NCBI GenBank assembly: GCA_965228475.1
Contig: OZ245817.1
Coordinates: 4,704,001 to 4,768,000, forward strand
Direction of reading: 5' to 3'
DNA length: 64,000 nt
From: Myxococcota bacterium
GTDB lineage: Bacteria; Myxococcota_A; UBA9160; JAFDDA01
Below the pieces are notes generated by a model, which made no database searches, had not been told where the DNA came from, and worked only from the letters and a program-made list of their open reading frames with translations. Positions 9,544 through 18,308 of this stretch are shown piece after piece (position 1 is the stretch's first letter; every line of letters begins with the position of its first letter). The position numbers and the translations under genes are program-made.

Positions 9544-11172
9544 ATGGAAAGCTTCCAGATCGCCGACCTGTTCGAGGCCGTGGCGGATGCGGTGCCCGAC
9601 CGCACGGCCCTGGTCTGCGGGGAACGGCGCCTCACCTTCCGAGAGCTCGACGAAGCCGCCACGCGGCTCGCCCATTTCTTTGCCGACCACGGCATCGGGC
9701 GCGGCGACCACATCGGGACCTATCTCTACAACGGTGCCGAGTACGTGGTCGCCATGCTCGCCGCGTTCAAGATCTCGGCCGTCCCGATCAACGTGAACTA
9801 CCGCTACGTGGAGGACGAGCTCGCCTACCTCTTCTCGGACGCCGACCTGCGCGCGGTCGTGCACCACCGGGAGTTCGCGGACCGGATCGCGAAGGTCCGC
9901 GGCGCCTGCCCGAAGCTCGACCTCCTGCTCCACGTCGAGGACGGGAGCGAAGCCGACGTCGCGCGCAACGGATCCATCGAGTTCGAGACCGCCGTGCGAA
10001 GCGGTGGCGTCGAGCGCGACTTCACCGGCCGGAGCAACGACGACCTCTTCGTGATCTACACCGGCGGGACCACCGGCATGCCCAAGGGCGTCATGTGGCG
10101 CCACGAGGACGCGTACTTCGCCTGCTTCGGCGGCGGCAACCCGGTGGGCGACGACGTCCTCGAGCTCGAGGAGCTGCTCGAGCGGGCGCGGACGATCGGC
10201 GCCATCGGCGTGGCCTACATCGCGGCCCCGCTGATCCACGGCGCTGCGCAGCTCGCCACCTTCATCCACCTGATCGGCGGGATGAAGCTCGTCTACCAGA
10301 AGCAGTTCGACGCGATGGACGTCCCGCGCCTGATCGAAACCGAGAAGGCACTGACCTGCTCCCTCGTCGGCGACGCCATGGCCCGCCCGATCGCCGAGGC
10401 CCTCGAAGCGAACGCCGCGAGCGAAGCGCCGCGCGACTGCTCGAGCCTGCTCGTCGTCGGCTCCGCCGGCGCGATCTTTTCGGAGCCCGTGAAGGACCGG
10501 CTGAAGGCGCACCTTCCCCAGGCCACCATGCTCGACAACTACGGCTCGACCGAGACCGGCTTCCAGGGCAGCGGCGGGGGCGGACACAAGAGCTTCGGCC
10601 AGGGCCTCACCTTCGAGATGAACGCGCGCACCCTCGTCGTCGACGACGACCTCCGGCCCGTCGAGCCGGGCTCGGGCACGATCGGCCGCGTCGCCCTGCG
10701 CGGCCACGTTCCGGTCGGCTACTACGGCGACCCGGAGAAGAGCGCGGCCACCTTCCCGGTGATCGACGGCGAACGCTTCTCCGTGACGGGAGACCTCGCG
10801 GAGGTCGAGGCCGACGGCACGATCAAGCTCTACGGCCGCGGCTCCCTGTGCATCAACAGCGGCGGCGAGAAGATCTTCGTCGAGGAGGTCGAGAACGCCT
10901 TGAAGGCCCACCCCGGCGTGCGCGATGCGGTGGTGGTCGGCCTCGACGACGACCGCTGGGGGCAGCGGGTCGTCGCGCTCGTCTCGGTCGAGGACCGAGC
11001 GATCGAAGAGGATGCGCTGCGCGAGCACGCGCGCGGCCACGTCGCCGGCTACAAGGTCCCGAAGGAGATCTACGTGGTCGACGAGGTCTTCCGCGGGCCG
11101 AACGGCAAGGCCGACTACAAGCTCTCGAGCCGCGTCGCCGGGGAGCTCTCCGAGAGCCGCGCGGCGGGCTGA
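9544..11172 (+). CDS. Acyl-CoA synthetase (FadD19-like)
   Basis: AMP-binding motif IYTGGTTGMPKGVMWRHED, NVNYRYVEDEL, CINSGGEKIF, typical of FadD19 subfamily. Confidence 0.9.
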   Translation: MESFQIADLFEAVADAVPDRTALVCGERRLTFRELDEAATRLAHFFADHGIGRGDHIGTYLYNGAEYVVAMLAAFKISAVPINVNYRYVEDELAYLFSDADLRAVVHHREFADRIAKVRGACPKLDLLLHVEDGSEADVARNGSIEFETAVRSGGVERDFTGRSNDDLFVIYTGGTTGMPKGVMWRHEDAYFACFGGGNPVGDDVLELEELLERARTIGAIGVAYIAAPLIHGAAQLATFIHLIGGMKLVYQKQFDAMDVPRLIETEKALTCSLVGDAMARPIAEALEANAASEAPRDCSSLLVVGSAGAIFSEPVKDRLKAHLPQATMLDNYGSTETGFQGSGGGGHKSFGQGLTFEMNARTLVVDDDLRPVEPGSGTIGRVALRGHVPVGYYGDPEKSAATFPVIDGERFSVTGDLAEVEADGTIKLYGRGSLCINSGGEKIFVEEVENALKAHPGVRDAVVVGLDDDRWGQRVVALVSVEDRAIEEDALREHARGHVAGYKVPKEIYVVDEVFRGPNGKADYKLSSRVAGELSESRAAG

Positions 11173-11178
11173 TCGCGC

Positions 11179-11799
11179 TCAAGCGAGGCGCGCGGCGAGG
11201 TCTTCCTTGAGCAGGCCGAGCGGCCCGTCGAGCAGGCGCGCCGCCGGATCGCCGAGCATCCGTACCCCGGCCAGGCCCGAGAGCGTCGCGATCGTGTGGA
11301 GCTGGAGCGTCACGGTCTCGCGCCGCGTCCGGCCCGCCGTGGGAAAGAACCGCTTCCAGACCCGGTTCCAGGCGGCGAGCATCTCGCCCTGCCAGGGCAG
11401 GCCGCCGCCGCTCGGCGCCGAGGATTCGTTCAAGAGGATCTCGAAGGTGCAGCGGTAGCGCGGGCTCGAGAAGTGGCTCCAGGCCCGGTCGACGAAGAGG
11501 TCGATCCTTTCTTCGAGCGTCTTCTCCTCGACGTCCATGGCGATGAGCCCTTCGGCGAAGTGCGCGAAGGAATCCTCGAGCACCGCGACGAGGATGCCTT
11601 CCTTCCCGCCGAAGTGATGCTGCACGGCGCCCCAGGAGACGCCGGCGCGGCGCGCGATCTCGTTGGCGGTGGTCCGCCCGAGCCCGACCTCGCCGATGCT
11701 CTCGACCACGGCACGGATGAGCTTCGCGCGCGTCTGCGCGGTGCGCTCGGCATGGGAACGACGCACCCGCGCGCCCCGGCCCGGCGCCCGCGCGCTCAA
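11179..11799 (-). CDS. TetR/AcrR family transcriptional regulator
   Basis: HTH TTANEIARRAGVSWGAVQHHFGGKEGIL; start uncertain (TTG at 11799 overlapping upstream stop, or GTG at 11766). Confidence 0.88.
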   Translation of the reverse strand: MSARAPGRGARVRRSHAERTAQTRAKLIRAVVESIGEVGLGRTTANEIARRAGVSWGAVQHHFGGKEGILVAVLEDSFAHFAEGLIAMDVEEKTLEERIDLFVDRAWSHFSSPRYRCTFEILLNESSAPSGGGLPWQGEMLAAWNRVWKRFFPTAGRTRRETVTLQLHTIATLSGLAGVRMLGDPAARLLDGPLGLLKEDLAARLA

Positions 11800-12662
11800 C
11801 GCCGCCGCTCGTCTTCCACGCCGTAGAGCCTCGCCATCATCTGGGAGACGAGCCCACCGACGGGCAGTGTGACCTCCGCATCGCGGGCGAGCTGGAGCGC
11901 CCAGGCGAGGTCCTTCTCCGCGATCTTCATGTGGCCGCGCATCAGGGCCTGCATGCCCTCCCCCTTGCGCGCCTCTTCCGGCGCCTTGTGCGCCGCGAGG
12001 AAGGCCGTCATCAGCGGTGTCATCTGGCCGTTCGCCTGCCCGGCCTCCTCGAGCAGGCCTTCGGGCAGGCCGACGGCACGGGCGAGATGGAACGATTCGT
12101 AGGCCGCGGCCCATTGGATGTAGGTGATGAGGTTGATGCAGAGCTTGAGCTTCGCGCCGTTTCCGATCTCGCCGGCGTGGATCACCTTGGCCGCGCTGGC
12201 TTCGAGCATGGGCCGCGCCTTCTCGAGCGCCTCGGCGTCTCCGCCGACGAGGTAGGTCAGCTGCTTCTGGGCGGCGCGCGCGGCGCCTCCGGTCACGCAG
12301 GCATCGAGCACGGCCACGCCGCACGCGGCCCCCTCCGCGGCGAGCGCCTCGGCCGTCGCCGGCAGGATCGTGCTGTGGATCGCGACGACGGTGCCGGGCG
12401 CCGCGCCGGCGAGCAGCCCGTCCTCCCCCGAGAACACGGCGCGGACGTGGGCATCCTCGGGAACGCAGACCCCGATCACCTCGGAGGCGCCCGCGAGCGC
12501 CCGGGCGGACGCCGCCGGCCTGGCCCCGCCTTCGCGAAGCGCCTCCATCCGCGCCGCGTCGACGTCGAAGACCGTCGTCTCGAAGCCCGCGGGAGCCAGG
12601 TGCGCCGCGATCGGCGCTCCCTGATTCCCGAGCCCGATGAATCCGACCCGCAATGCCGCCAT
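11796..12662 (-). CDS. NAD(P)-dependent oxidoreductase, 3-hydroxyisobutyrate dehydrogenase family
   Basis: VGFIGLGNQG, HSTI, LDACVTGG, KLCIN, KDL motifs. Confidence 0.9.
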   Translation of the reverse strand: MAALRVGFIGLGNQGAPIAAHLAPAGFETTVFDVDAARMEALREGGARPAASARALAGASEVIGVCVPEDAHVRAVFSGEDGLLAGAAPGTVVAIHSTILPATAEALAAEGAACGVAVLDACVTGGAARAAQKQLTYLVGGDAEALEKARPMLEASAAKVIHAGEIGNGAKLKLCINLITYIQWAAAYESFHLARAVGLPEGLLEEAGQANGQMTPLMTAFLAAHKAPEEARKGEGMQALMRGHMKIAEKDLAWALQLARDAEVTLPVGGLVSQMMARLYGVEDERRR

Positions 12663-12696
12663 TCCGCCTCCCGGTGCGTCCGGCCGGCACGCTACC

Positions 12697-12726
12697 ACAT
12701 TTACATTGCATGCGTTATGTAAATGT
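12697..12726. promoter_or_regulatory. AT-rich palindromic operator between divergent oxidoreductase-TetR and cyp51 genes
   Basis: ACATTTACAT-N10-ATGTAAATGT, perfect 10-bp arms. Confidence 0.7.
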
Positions 12727-12741
12727 CATAGGGTGGCCCCG

Positions 12742-14133
12742 ATGAGCGCCGCCAGCGAAACGCACGCCGGCCCGGGGAGCGAAGCGCCCTCCGCACCCGG
12801 CGCCGCCCCGCCGCGCCTTTCGGGCGGCTGGCCCCTGCTCGGCCATCTCCTCGAACTCCGGCGCAGGCCGATCGACCTGTTCTGGCGCGTCCGCAACGAG
12901 TGCGGCGAGGTCGGCGAGATGAACTTCGCCGGGAGCCGGGTGGTGCTGCTCACCGGCGAGCACGCCCAGGAGGCCTTCTTCCGCGCCCGCGACGAGCAGC
13001 TCGACCAAGCCGCCGCCTACCCCTTCATGACGCCGGTCTTCGGCCGCGGCGTGGTCTTCGATGCGAGCCCGGAGCAGCGGCGCCAGGCGATGAAGAACCA
13101 ATCCCTGCGCGACCAGATGATGCGCGGCCACGCCGAAGGGATCGTCCACGAGACCGAGCGCATGATGGACCGCCTGGGCCCCGAAGGAGAGATCGATCTC
13201 CTCGACTTCTTCAGCGAGCTCACGATCTACACCTCGAGCGCGTGCCTGATCGGCAAGGGCTTCCGGGAAGAGCTCACGCCCGAGTACTTCCGCGTGTTCT
13301 ACGAGCTCGAGAAAGGCACCGACGCGCTCGCCTACGTGAACCCGTACCTGCCCCTGCCGGCCTTCCGCGCGCGGGACCGCGCCCGCCGCCGCCTCGTGAC
13401 CCTGTTGACCGGCGTCTTCGAGCGCCGCGCGAACCGCCCCGAGGATGCGCCGCGCGAGCTCTTCGACATCCTGCTCACCCTGCGCGACGACGCGGGGAAC
13501 CCCCGCTACACGATCGACACCGTCACGGGCATGTTCATCTCCATGATGTTCGCCGGTCATCACACGACCTCCGGCACCGCCGCGTGGACGCTGATCGAGC
13601 TGCTGAAGCATCCCGAGTACCTGGCGAGCGTCGACGACGAACTCGAAGCGCTCTTCGCCGACGGCCGCGACGTCTCCTACCAGGCCATGCGCGAGATTCC
13701 GCGGCTCGAAGCCGGGATCCACGAAGCCCTCCGGCTCCACCCGCCGCTGATCCTGCTGATGCGCAAGGTGATGGAGACCTTCCGCTACGGCGAGTACGAG
13801 GTGCCGCCCGGCAAGCTCGTCGCCGTCTCTCCGGCGGTCTCGAACCGCATGCCCGAGAACTTCCCGGAGCCGGACCGCTTCGATCCGGCGCGCTACGACG
13901 AGGGCCGCGAGGAGCACCGTCAGCTCTTCGCCTGGATTCCCTTCGGAGCCGGCCGCCACCGCTGCGTCGGCGCGGCCTTCGCCCTGATGCAGCTCAAGGC
14001 GATCTTCAGCCACCTGCTGCGCCACTACGAGTTCGAGCTCGCCCAACCCGCGGATTCGTACCGCAACGACCACTCGAAGATGGTGGTGCAGCTCGCGCAG
14101 CCGTGTCGCGCGCGCTACCGCCGCCGCCCCTAG
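12742..14133 (+). CDS. cyp51: Cytochrome P450, CYP51 (sterol 14-alpha-demethylase-like)
   Basis: AAYPFMTPVFGRGVVFDA (B-C loop), MMFAGHHTTSGT (I helix), EALR, FGAGRHRCVG heme motif; closely resembles mycobacterial CYP51B1 as recalled. Confidence 0.9.
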   Translation: MSAASETHAGPGSEAPSAPGAAPPRLSGGWPLLGHLLELRRRPIDLFWRVRNECGEVGEMNFAGSRVVLLTGEHAQEAFFRARDEQLDQAAAYPFMTPVFGRGVVFDASPEQRRQAMKNQSLRDQMMRGHAEGIVHETERMMDRLGPEGEIDLLDFFSELTIYTSSACLIGKGFREELTPEYFRVFYELEKGTDALAYVNPYLPLPAFRARDRARRRLVTLLTGVFERRANRPEDAPRELFDILLTLRDDAGNPRYTIDTVTGMFISMMFAGHHTTSGTAAWTLIELLKHPEYLASVDDELEALFADGRDVSYQAMREIPRLEAGIHEALRLHPPLILLMRKVMETFRYGEYEVPPGKLVAVSPAVSNRMPENFPEPDRFDPARYDEGREEHRQLFAWIPFGAGRHRCVGAAFALMQLKAIFSHLLRHYEFELAQPADSYRNDHSKMVVQLAQPCRARYRRRP

Positions 14134-14146
14134 AAAGGGAGACGCC

Positions 14147-14521
14147 GTGTCCGATTCGGAACGCCGCAAGCGCGGAGAAGAGAAGATCCGGGAGGTCTAC
14201 GCCGGGGACGTGGCCGTCCCGCCCGAGGGCGTCATGCCCTTCAGCGACGTGATGCTCGAGCAGCTCTTCGCCGAAGTCTGGACGCGCGGCGAGCTCTCCA
14301 TGCGCGATCGGCGGCTCCTGCTGATGGGCGTGATCGCGGCCCTCGGCGAGAAGGACACGTGGAAGATCCAGGTGCGCTCCGCCCTGAAGAACGGCGAGCT
14401 CACGGAAGCCCAGGTCCACGAGTGCCTGGTGATGCTCGCGCCCTACGCGGGTTACCCGCGCGTGGCTGGCCTGGTCGGCTCGACCTTCGAGGCGATCGCG
14501 GAGGCCAAGCCGAAGGACTGA
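14147..14521 (+). CDS. Carboxymuconolactone decarboxylase family protein
   Basis: LFAEVWTRGELSMRDRRLL and APYAGYPR motifs. Confidence 0.85.
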   Translation: MSDSERRKRGEEKIREVYAGDVAVPPEGVMPFSDVMLEQLFAEVWTRGELSMRDRRLLLMGVIAALGEKDTWKIQVRSALKNGELTEAQVHECLVMLAPYAGYPRVAGLVGSTFEAIAEAKPKD

Positions 14522-14530
14522 CGCGCCGGC

Positions 14531-14956
14531 CTAGGCCTGGAGCTTCTCGAGCATCGCCTTCATCTGGGCGTGCATCAGGTTGATGGCCTGGAGCGGACGG
14601 ATCATCACCTTGAACTCGGTGATCTCGGCGGCCTCGTTGCAGGTGATGATGTCGACGCCGTTCACGTACTTGCCTTCCACCTGGGTCTCGAACTCGAGCA
14701 CGGCCTGGTTGCCCGAGAGAACCTGCTTCACGTAGCGGAAGCTCGGCATGGAATCGCCGCTGGCGCCCGGCTTCTCGTCGCCGCCGAAGGTTCCGTAGGC
14801 CGCCGTCAGGTAGAGCTTGGTGACCTTCTTGCCCTCCTGGGGGGTGAAGACGATCGGCGAGTAGAAGACCACGTCCTCGGCGAGGAGCGCGTCGAGCCCG
14901 CCCGGGAAGCCTCCGCGCAGGTGGGCATGCCAGTTCTCGATGCACTTCTCGATCAT
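14531..14956 (-). CDS. NTF2-like/SnoaL-like protein
   Basis: LLAEDVVFYSPIVFTP, VLEFET, VNGVD, FKVMIRPL. Confidence 0.85.
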   Translation of the reverse strand: MIEKCIENWHAHLRGGFPGGLDALLAEDVVFYSPIVFTPQEGKKVTKLYLTAAYGTFGGDEKPGASGDSMPSFRYVKQVLSGNQAVLEFETQVEGKYVNGVDIITCNEAAEITEFKVMIRPLQAINLMHAQMKAMLEKLQA

Positions 14957-16065
14957 CGCGTCTCCTCGAGGTTCGTGGCTGCGGCCGGGGGCCCGGCGGG
15001 GTTCGCGGCCAGGGCATCGAAGCGCCCCGCCGGGCGAACCTTACGATAGGCCGCGACGATGGGGGAGAGCTCGGCCGGGCTCGCGCCGTGCAGGATGACG
15101 CCGTCGCAGCCGAGGTCGAACTGCCCCTGGATCTTCTCGACGCAGCGTTCGGCGCTGCCGGTGGCCGCCGGGGCGAGCCACTCTTCGGGAATGAGCTCGG
15201 CGATCTGCTCGAGCTGCTCGGTCGTGGCCACCGAATCGATCGCACCGCGCACGCCCTGCACCGCCGGCGAGGCCCGGAAGGCCGCGAGCACCGCCGGATC
15301 CCAGCGGTTGGTCTGCACCATCAGGTCGCCGTAGCCCTGGAGGTAGGTCGCCATGCGGCCGACGGTCTTCTTGAGCCGCAGCGCCTCGGGGAGGTGATCG
15401 CCCACCGTGGCGAAGCAGGACCACACCCGGACCGCCGCCGGGTCGCGGCCGGCCTCCTCCGCCGCCCGCTTGACGGCGGCCACGCAGCGCGCGGTGGTCT
15501 CGTCGGTGAAGAAGGTATGGAGCACCACGGCGTCGAAGGCGCGGCCGCCAAGGGCCAGGGAGTTCGGGCCGAAGGCCACGAAGGTCAGCGGGATCGGCTC
15601 CGCGTAGTCCGGGCCCATCGCGAGGAGCGGGTAGCGCCCGGCCGGGCCGTCGTGGCCGGCGACGACCTCGCCGCGCCAGATGCGCCGCATCAGACCCACG
15701 AAGTCCTCGATCTGCGCCGTCTTGATCCGGGGCAGGCCGTAGGCGTCGAAGATCGGCGGAATGCCCCGGCCGAGCCCGAGCGAAAAGCGACCGCCGGTGA
15801 GCCGGGCCATGGTCATGGCGAAGGCGGCCGTCACCATGGGATGACGCGTGTTGTGGTTGGTCGCGGCCGTGGCGATGCCGATCTCGCTCGAGACCGCGCC
15901 GACCGCGCCCGAGAGCGTCGCCGCCTCCTTCACGTTGAAGCGCTCGGAGATGAAGGCGGAGCCCAGGCCGAGGGCCTCGCCCTCCTGCACCTCGGCGATC
16001 AGGTCGCGCGGGGAGCTCGCGCCTCCGGCCAGGGTGTAGAAGGCGAGCTCGTTCATTCGCTGCAT
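14953..16065 (-). CDS. LLM class F420-dependent oxidoreductase (TIGR03857-like)
   Basis: ELAFYTLAG, FISERFNVKEA, TAATNHNTRHP, VVLHTFFTDE, VILHGASP. Confidence 0.85.
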   Translation of the reverse strand: MQRMNELAFYTLAGGASSPRDLIAEVQEGEALGLGSAFISERFNVKEAATLSGAVGAVSSEIGIATAATNHNTRHPMVTAAFAMTMARLTGGRFSLGLGRGIPPIFDAYGLPRIKTAQIEDFVGLMRRIWRGEVVAGHDGPAGRYPLLAMGPDYAEPIPLTFVAFGPNSLALGGRAFDAVVLHTFFTDETTARCVAAVKRAAEEAGRDPAAVRVWSCFATVGDHLPEALRLKKTVGRMATYLQGYGDLMVQTNRWDPAVLAAFRASPAVQGVRGAIDSVATTEQLEQIAELIPEEWLAPAATGSAERCVEKIQGQFDLGCDGVILHGASPAELSPIVAAYRKVRPAGRFDALAANPAGPPAAATNLEETR

Positions 16066-16135
16066 GGCCGATTCTGGTTCCGCGCTCCGCGCGATTGCAA
16101 GGAAATCCGCGGTCGGGCTGGGGTACCGTGAAGCG

Positions 16136-17206
16136 GTGAGCGCCATCCCGACCCCCGAGACGATCGACGCCGCCTGGCTGACCGCGCGGCTTCATGACGC
16201 GGGCCACGAGCGCGTCATGGTCCGCTCCTTCACCGCCGAGCGGATCGGCACGGGCCAGCTCGGCCTGTGCATCCGCTTCTCCCTCGAGCTCGAAGGCGAC
16301 GACCCGGACGCCCCCCGCAGCCTGGTCGCGAAGTTCCCCTCGGACGACCCGACGAGCCGCCAGTCCGGCGTGCAGCTGGGCGGCTACCTGAAGGAGGTGC
16401 GCTTCTATCAGGAGCTCGAACCGCGGCTCTCGATCGCGACGCCGCGCTGCTACTTCGCCGAGATCGAGGGCAAGGGGCCGGAATCGCTGGTGCTGCTCGA
16501 GGACCTGGCGCCGGCCCGGCAAGGCGACCAGCTCGCTGGCTGCTCCCCCGAGATCGCCCGCGCCGCGGTGCTCGAGCTGGTCGGGCTGCACGCCCCCACC
16601 TGGAATGACGCGAGCCTGCGCGGCATCGAGTGGCTCGGCGAGCCGAGCGAAGCGGCCACCCAGCTCGGCCGCGCCCTCTACCGCGCCCAGCTTCCGGGCT
16701 TCCTCGAGCGCTTCGGGCCCCACCTCGCCCCGGACGAGGCCGAGATCATCGCCCGGGTGGCCGACTCGACCGGCCCGCCCTTCGGCATGACCGACGGCCC
16801 CCTCGCCCTGGTCCACGTCGACTACCGGCTCGACAACCTGTTGATCGATGACGCACGCGAGCCCGCCCGGATTTCCGCCGTCGACTGGCAGAGCATCACG
16901 CTCGGGCGCCCGCTCTCGGACGTCGCCTACTTCCTCGGGGCCGGGCTCGAGCGCGAGGTGCGCAGGGGCTGCGAGGAGGAGATCGTCCGCGCCTACCACG
17001 CGGCGCTCGGCCGGGCGGGGGTCTCCGACTACTCCTTCGAGCAGTGCTGGCAGGACTACCGGTGGGGAAGCTTCTCGGGCTTCGCCGTCACGGTGATCGC
17101 CTCGATGATGGTCGTCCAGACCGAGCGGGGCGACGAGATGTTCGTGGCCATGGCCCGCCGCCACGCGGGCCACGCCCTCGACCTCGGCGGCGCCGAGCTG
17201 CTCTAG
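16136..17206 (+). CDS. Phosphotransferase (APH/ecdysteroid kinase-like)
   Basis: ERIGTGQ, KEVRFY, LLEDL, Brenner motif HVDYRLDNLL, VDWQ, DVAYFL. Confidence 0.88.
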   Translation: MSAIPTPETIDAAWLTARLHDAGHERVMVRSFTAERIGTGQLGLCIRFSLELEGDDPDAPRSLVAKFPSDDPTSRQSGVQLGGYLKEVRFYQELEPRLSIATPRCYFAEIEGKGPESLVLLEDLAPARQGDQLAGCSPEIARAAVLELVGLHAPTWNDASLRGIEWLGEPSEAATQLGRALYRAQLPGFLERFGPHLAPDEAEIIARVADSTGPPFGMTDGPLALVHVDYRLDNLLIDDAREPARISAVDWQSITLGRPLSDVAYFLGAGLEREVRRGCEEEIVRAYHAALGRAGVSDYSFEQCWQDYRWGSFSGFAVTVIASMMVVQTERGDEMFVAMARRHAGHALDLGGAELL

Positions 17207-17239
17207 CCCGGCACCGCTCCTCCGGAAAGCGAGCGCCGC

Positions 17240-17953
17240 CTACTTGTAGCCCTTGCCCTTCCCGTAGCTGCCGCCCTTCGGGCCGCCGCCCTTGCTCCCG
17301 GTCGGGATCTTGGCCTTGGGCAACCCCTCCACCTGCGGGCCGACGACGGTGCCCATCGGCGTCTGGGGGACGTTGGGCCCGGCGCGGTCGCCCGAGTTCT
17401 CCCCGCCGCCGCCCCCGCCGCTCGGCGGCGTTCCGACCTGGCCGGCGCCTCCGCTTCCGGCGAGGTTCGCCGGCGTCAGGGTGCTGGTCCCGACGCGGAT
17501 GTCCCGCCGGCCCCAGTTCGAATCCTTGATCAGGATCGTCCCGCCGCCCGCCTTGATCTTGAGCTTGTCCTTCACCTTGGTGTTCTTGACGGTGACGTCG
17601 TTGTTTCCCAGCTCGTCGTCGATGGTCAGGTCCTCGACGTCGAGGCCGTCGACGGTGACGTCGTCGTCTCCGCCCCGGGTCTTGATCTTGACCTTGCCCG
17701 TCACGCGCTGGCCGGTCGTCACGGAGGCCTGCCCGTTCACCGTGGTGCCGTTCTGACCGGTGACCGTGATCGTGCCGTCGGCGTTCTGGGTCACGATGAT
17801 GTCGTTGTTGCCCGAATCCCCGTTGATGTTGAGGTCGCCCCCGGGCGTGACGGCTCCCACCTGGACGTCCCCGCCGGCCGCTTCGGCGGCTCCGGGAATC
17901 GCCAGCGCGAAGGCGACGAGAACGAGAGAGGCGAGAGACGATCGACGGATCAT
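17240..17953 (-). CDS. Secreted hypothetical protein with beta-solenoid-like repeats and Gly/Pro/Lys-rich tail
   Basis: Signal peptide after AAGGAGG RBS; repeats GDSGNNDIIV / RGGDDDVTV / ELGNNDVTV. Confidence 0.75.
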   Translation of the reverse strand: MIRRSSLASLVLVAFALAIPGAAEAAGGDVQVGAVTPGGDLNINGDSGNNDIIVTQNADGTITVTGQNGTTVNGQASVTTGQRVTGKVKIKTRGGDDDVTVDGLDVEDLTIDDELGNNDVTVKNTKVKDKLKIKAGGGTILIKDSNWGRRDIRVGTSTLTPANLAGSGGAGQVGTPPSGGGGGGENSGDRAGPNVPQTPMGTVVGPQVEGLPKAKIPTGSKGGGPKGGSYGKGKGYK

Positions 17954-18018
17954 GGCGGCCCTCCTTGGACGGTTCATGATCGCCTTTTCCGCGCTGCGAA
18001 TGCAACGAATCGCTGGGC

Positions 18019-18061
18019 GCGCGGAACGAGAGTTCCCAAGGAGGGAAACTCCGTTCCGCGC
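18019..18061. repeat. Inverted repeat (candidate enhancer/UAS or RNA hairpin)
   Basis: GCGCGGAACG-AGAGTTCCC-AAGGA-GGGAAACTC-CGTTCCGCGC. Confidence 0.6.
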
Positions 18062-18143
18062 AGGACGAGTCTTTCCCGTTCCCGGTGAAGCCCCGGCGGA
18101 TTGCTTCTCAAGAAAATCGGGCGGTTCAGTTTCCCGGATCGGA

Positions 18144-18159
18144 TGGCGCGCCGCTTGCA
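18144..18159 (+). promoter_or_regulatory. Sigma54 (-24/-12) promoter
   Basis: TGGCGCGCCGCTTGCA, exact GG-N10-GC spacing, matches TGGCAC-N5-TTGCW with one mismatch. Confidence 0.65.
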
Positions 18160-18308
18160 CAGGCGAGGTGACACCGGACGGTGATTCCCTCGGAACGCCG
18201 CTCCGCACCGTTCGAATCCCCCGTTCAGATCTTTCCCTCTGAACTCGACGGCATTGAAACCAGGTACGCAGGGCCGGACGCAGCCGGCACCTGCAAGAGG
18301 GACCGACC

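Noticed and set aside
18209..18222. GTTCGAATCCC T-loop-like motif as a tRNA or attachment-site remnant
   Set aside because: No cloverleaf can be built around it, its orientation is opposite to the tRNA at 33377-33449 and the flanks do not match.
17954..18308. Known riboswitch in the divergent intergenic region
   Set aside because: Hairpins are present but I could not match conserved motifs of c-di-GMP, cobalamin, TPP or SAM riboswitches by eye; an Rfam scan is needed.
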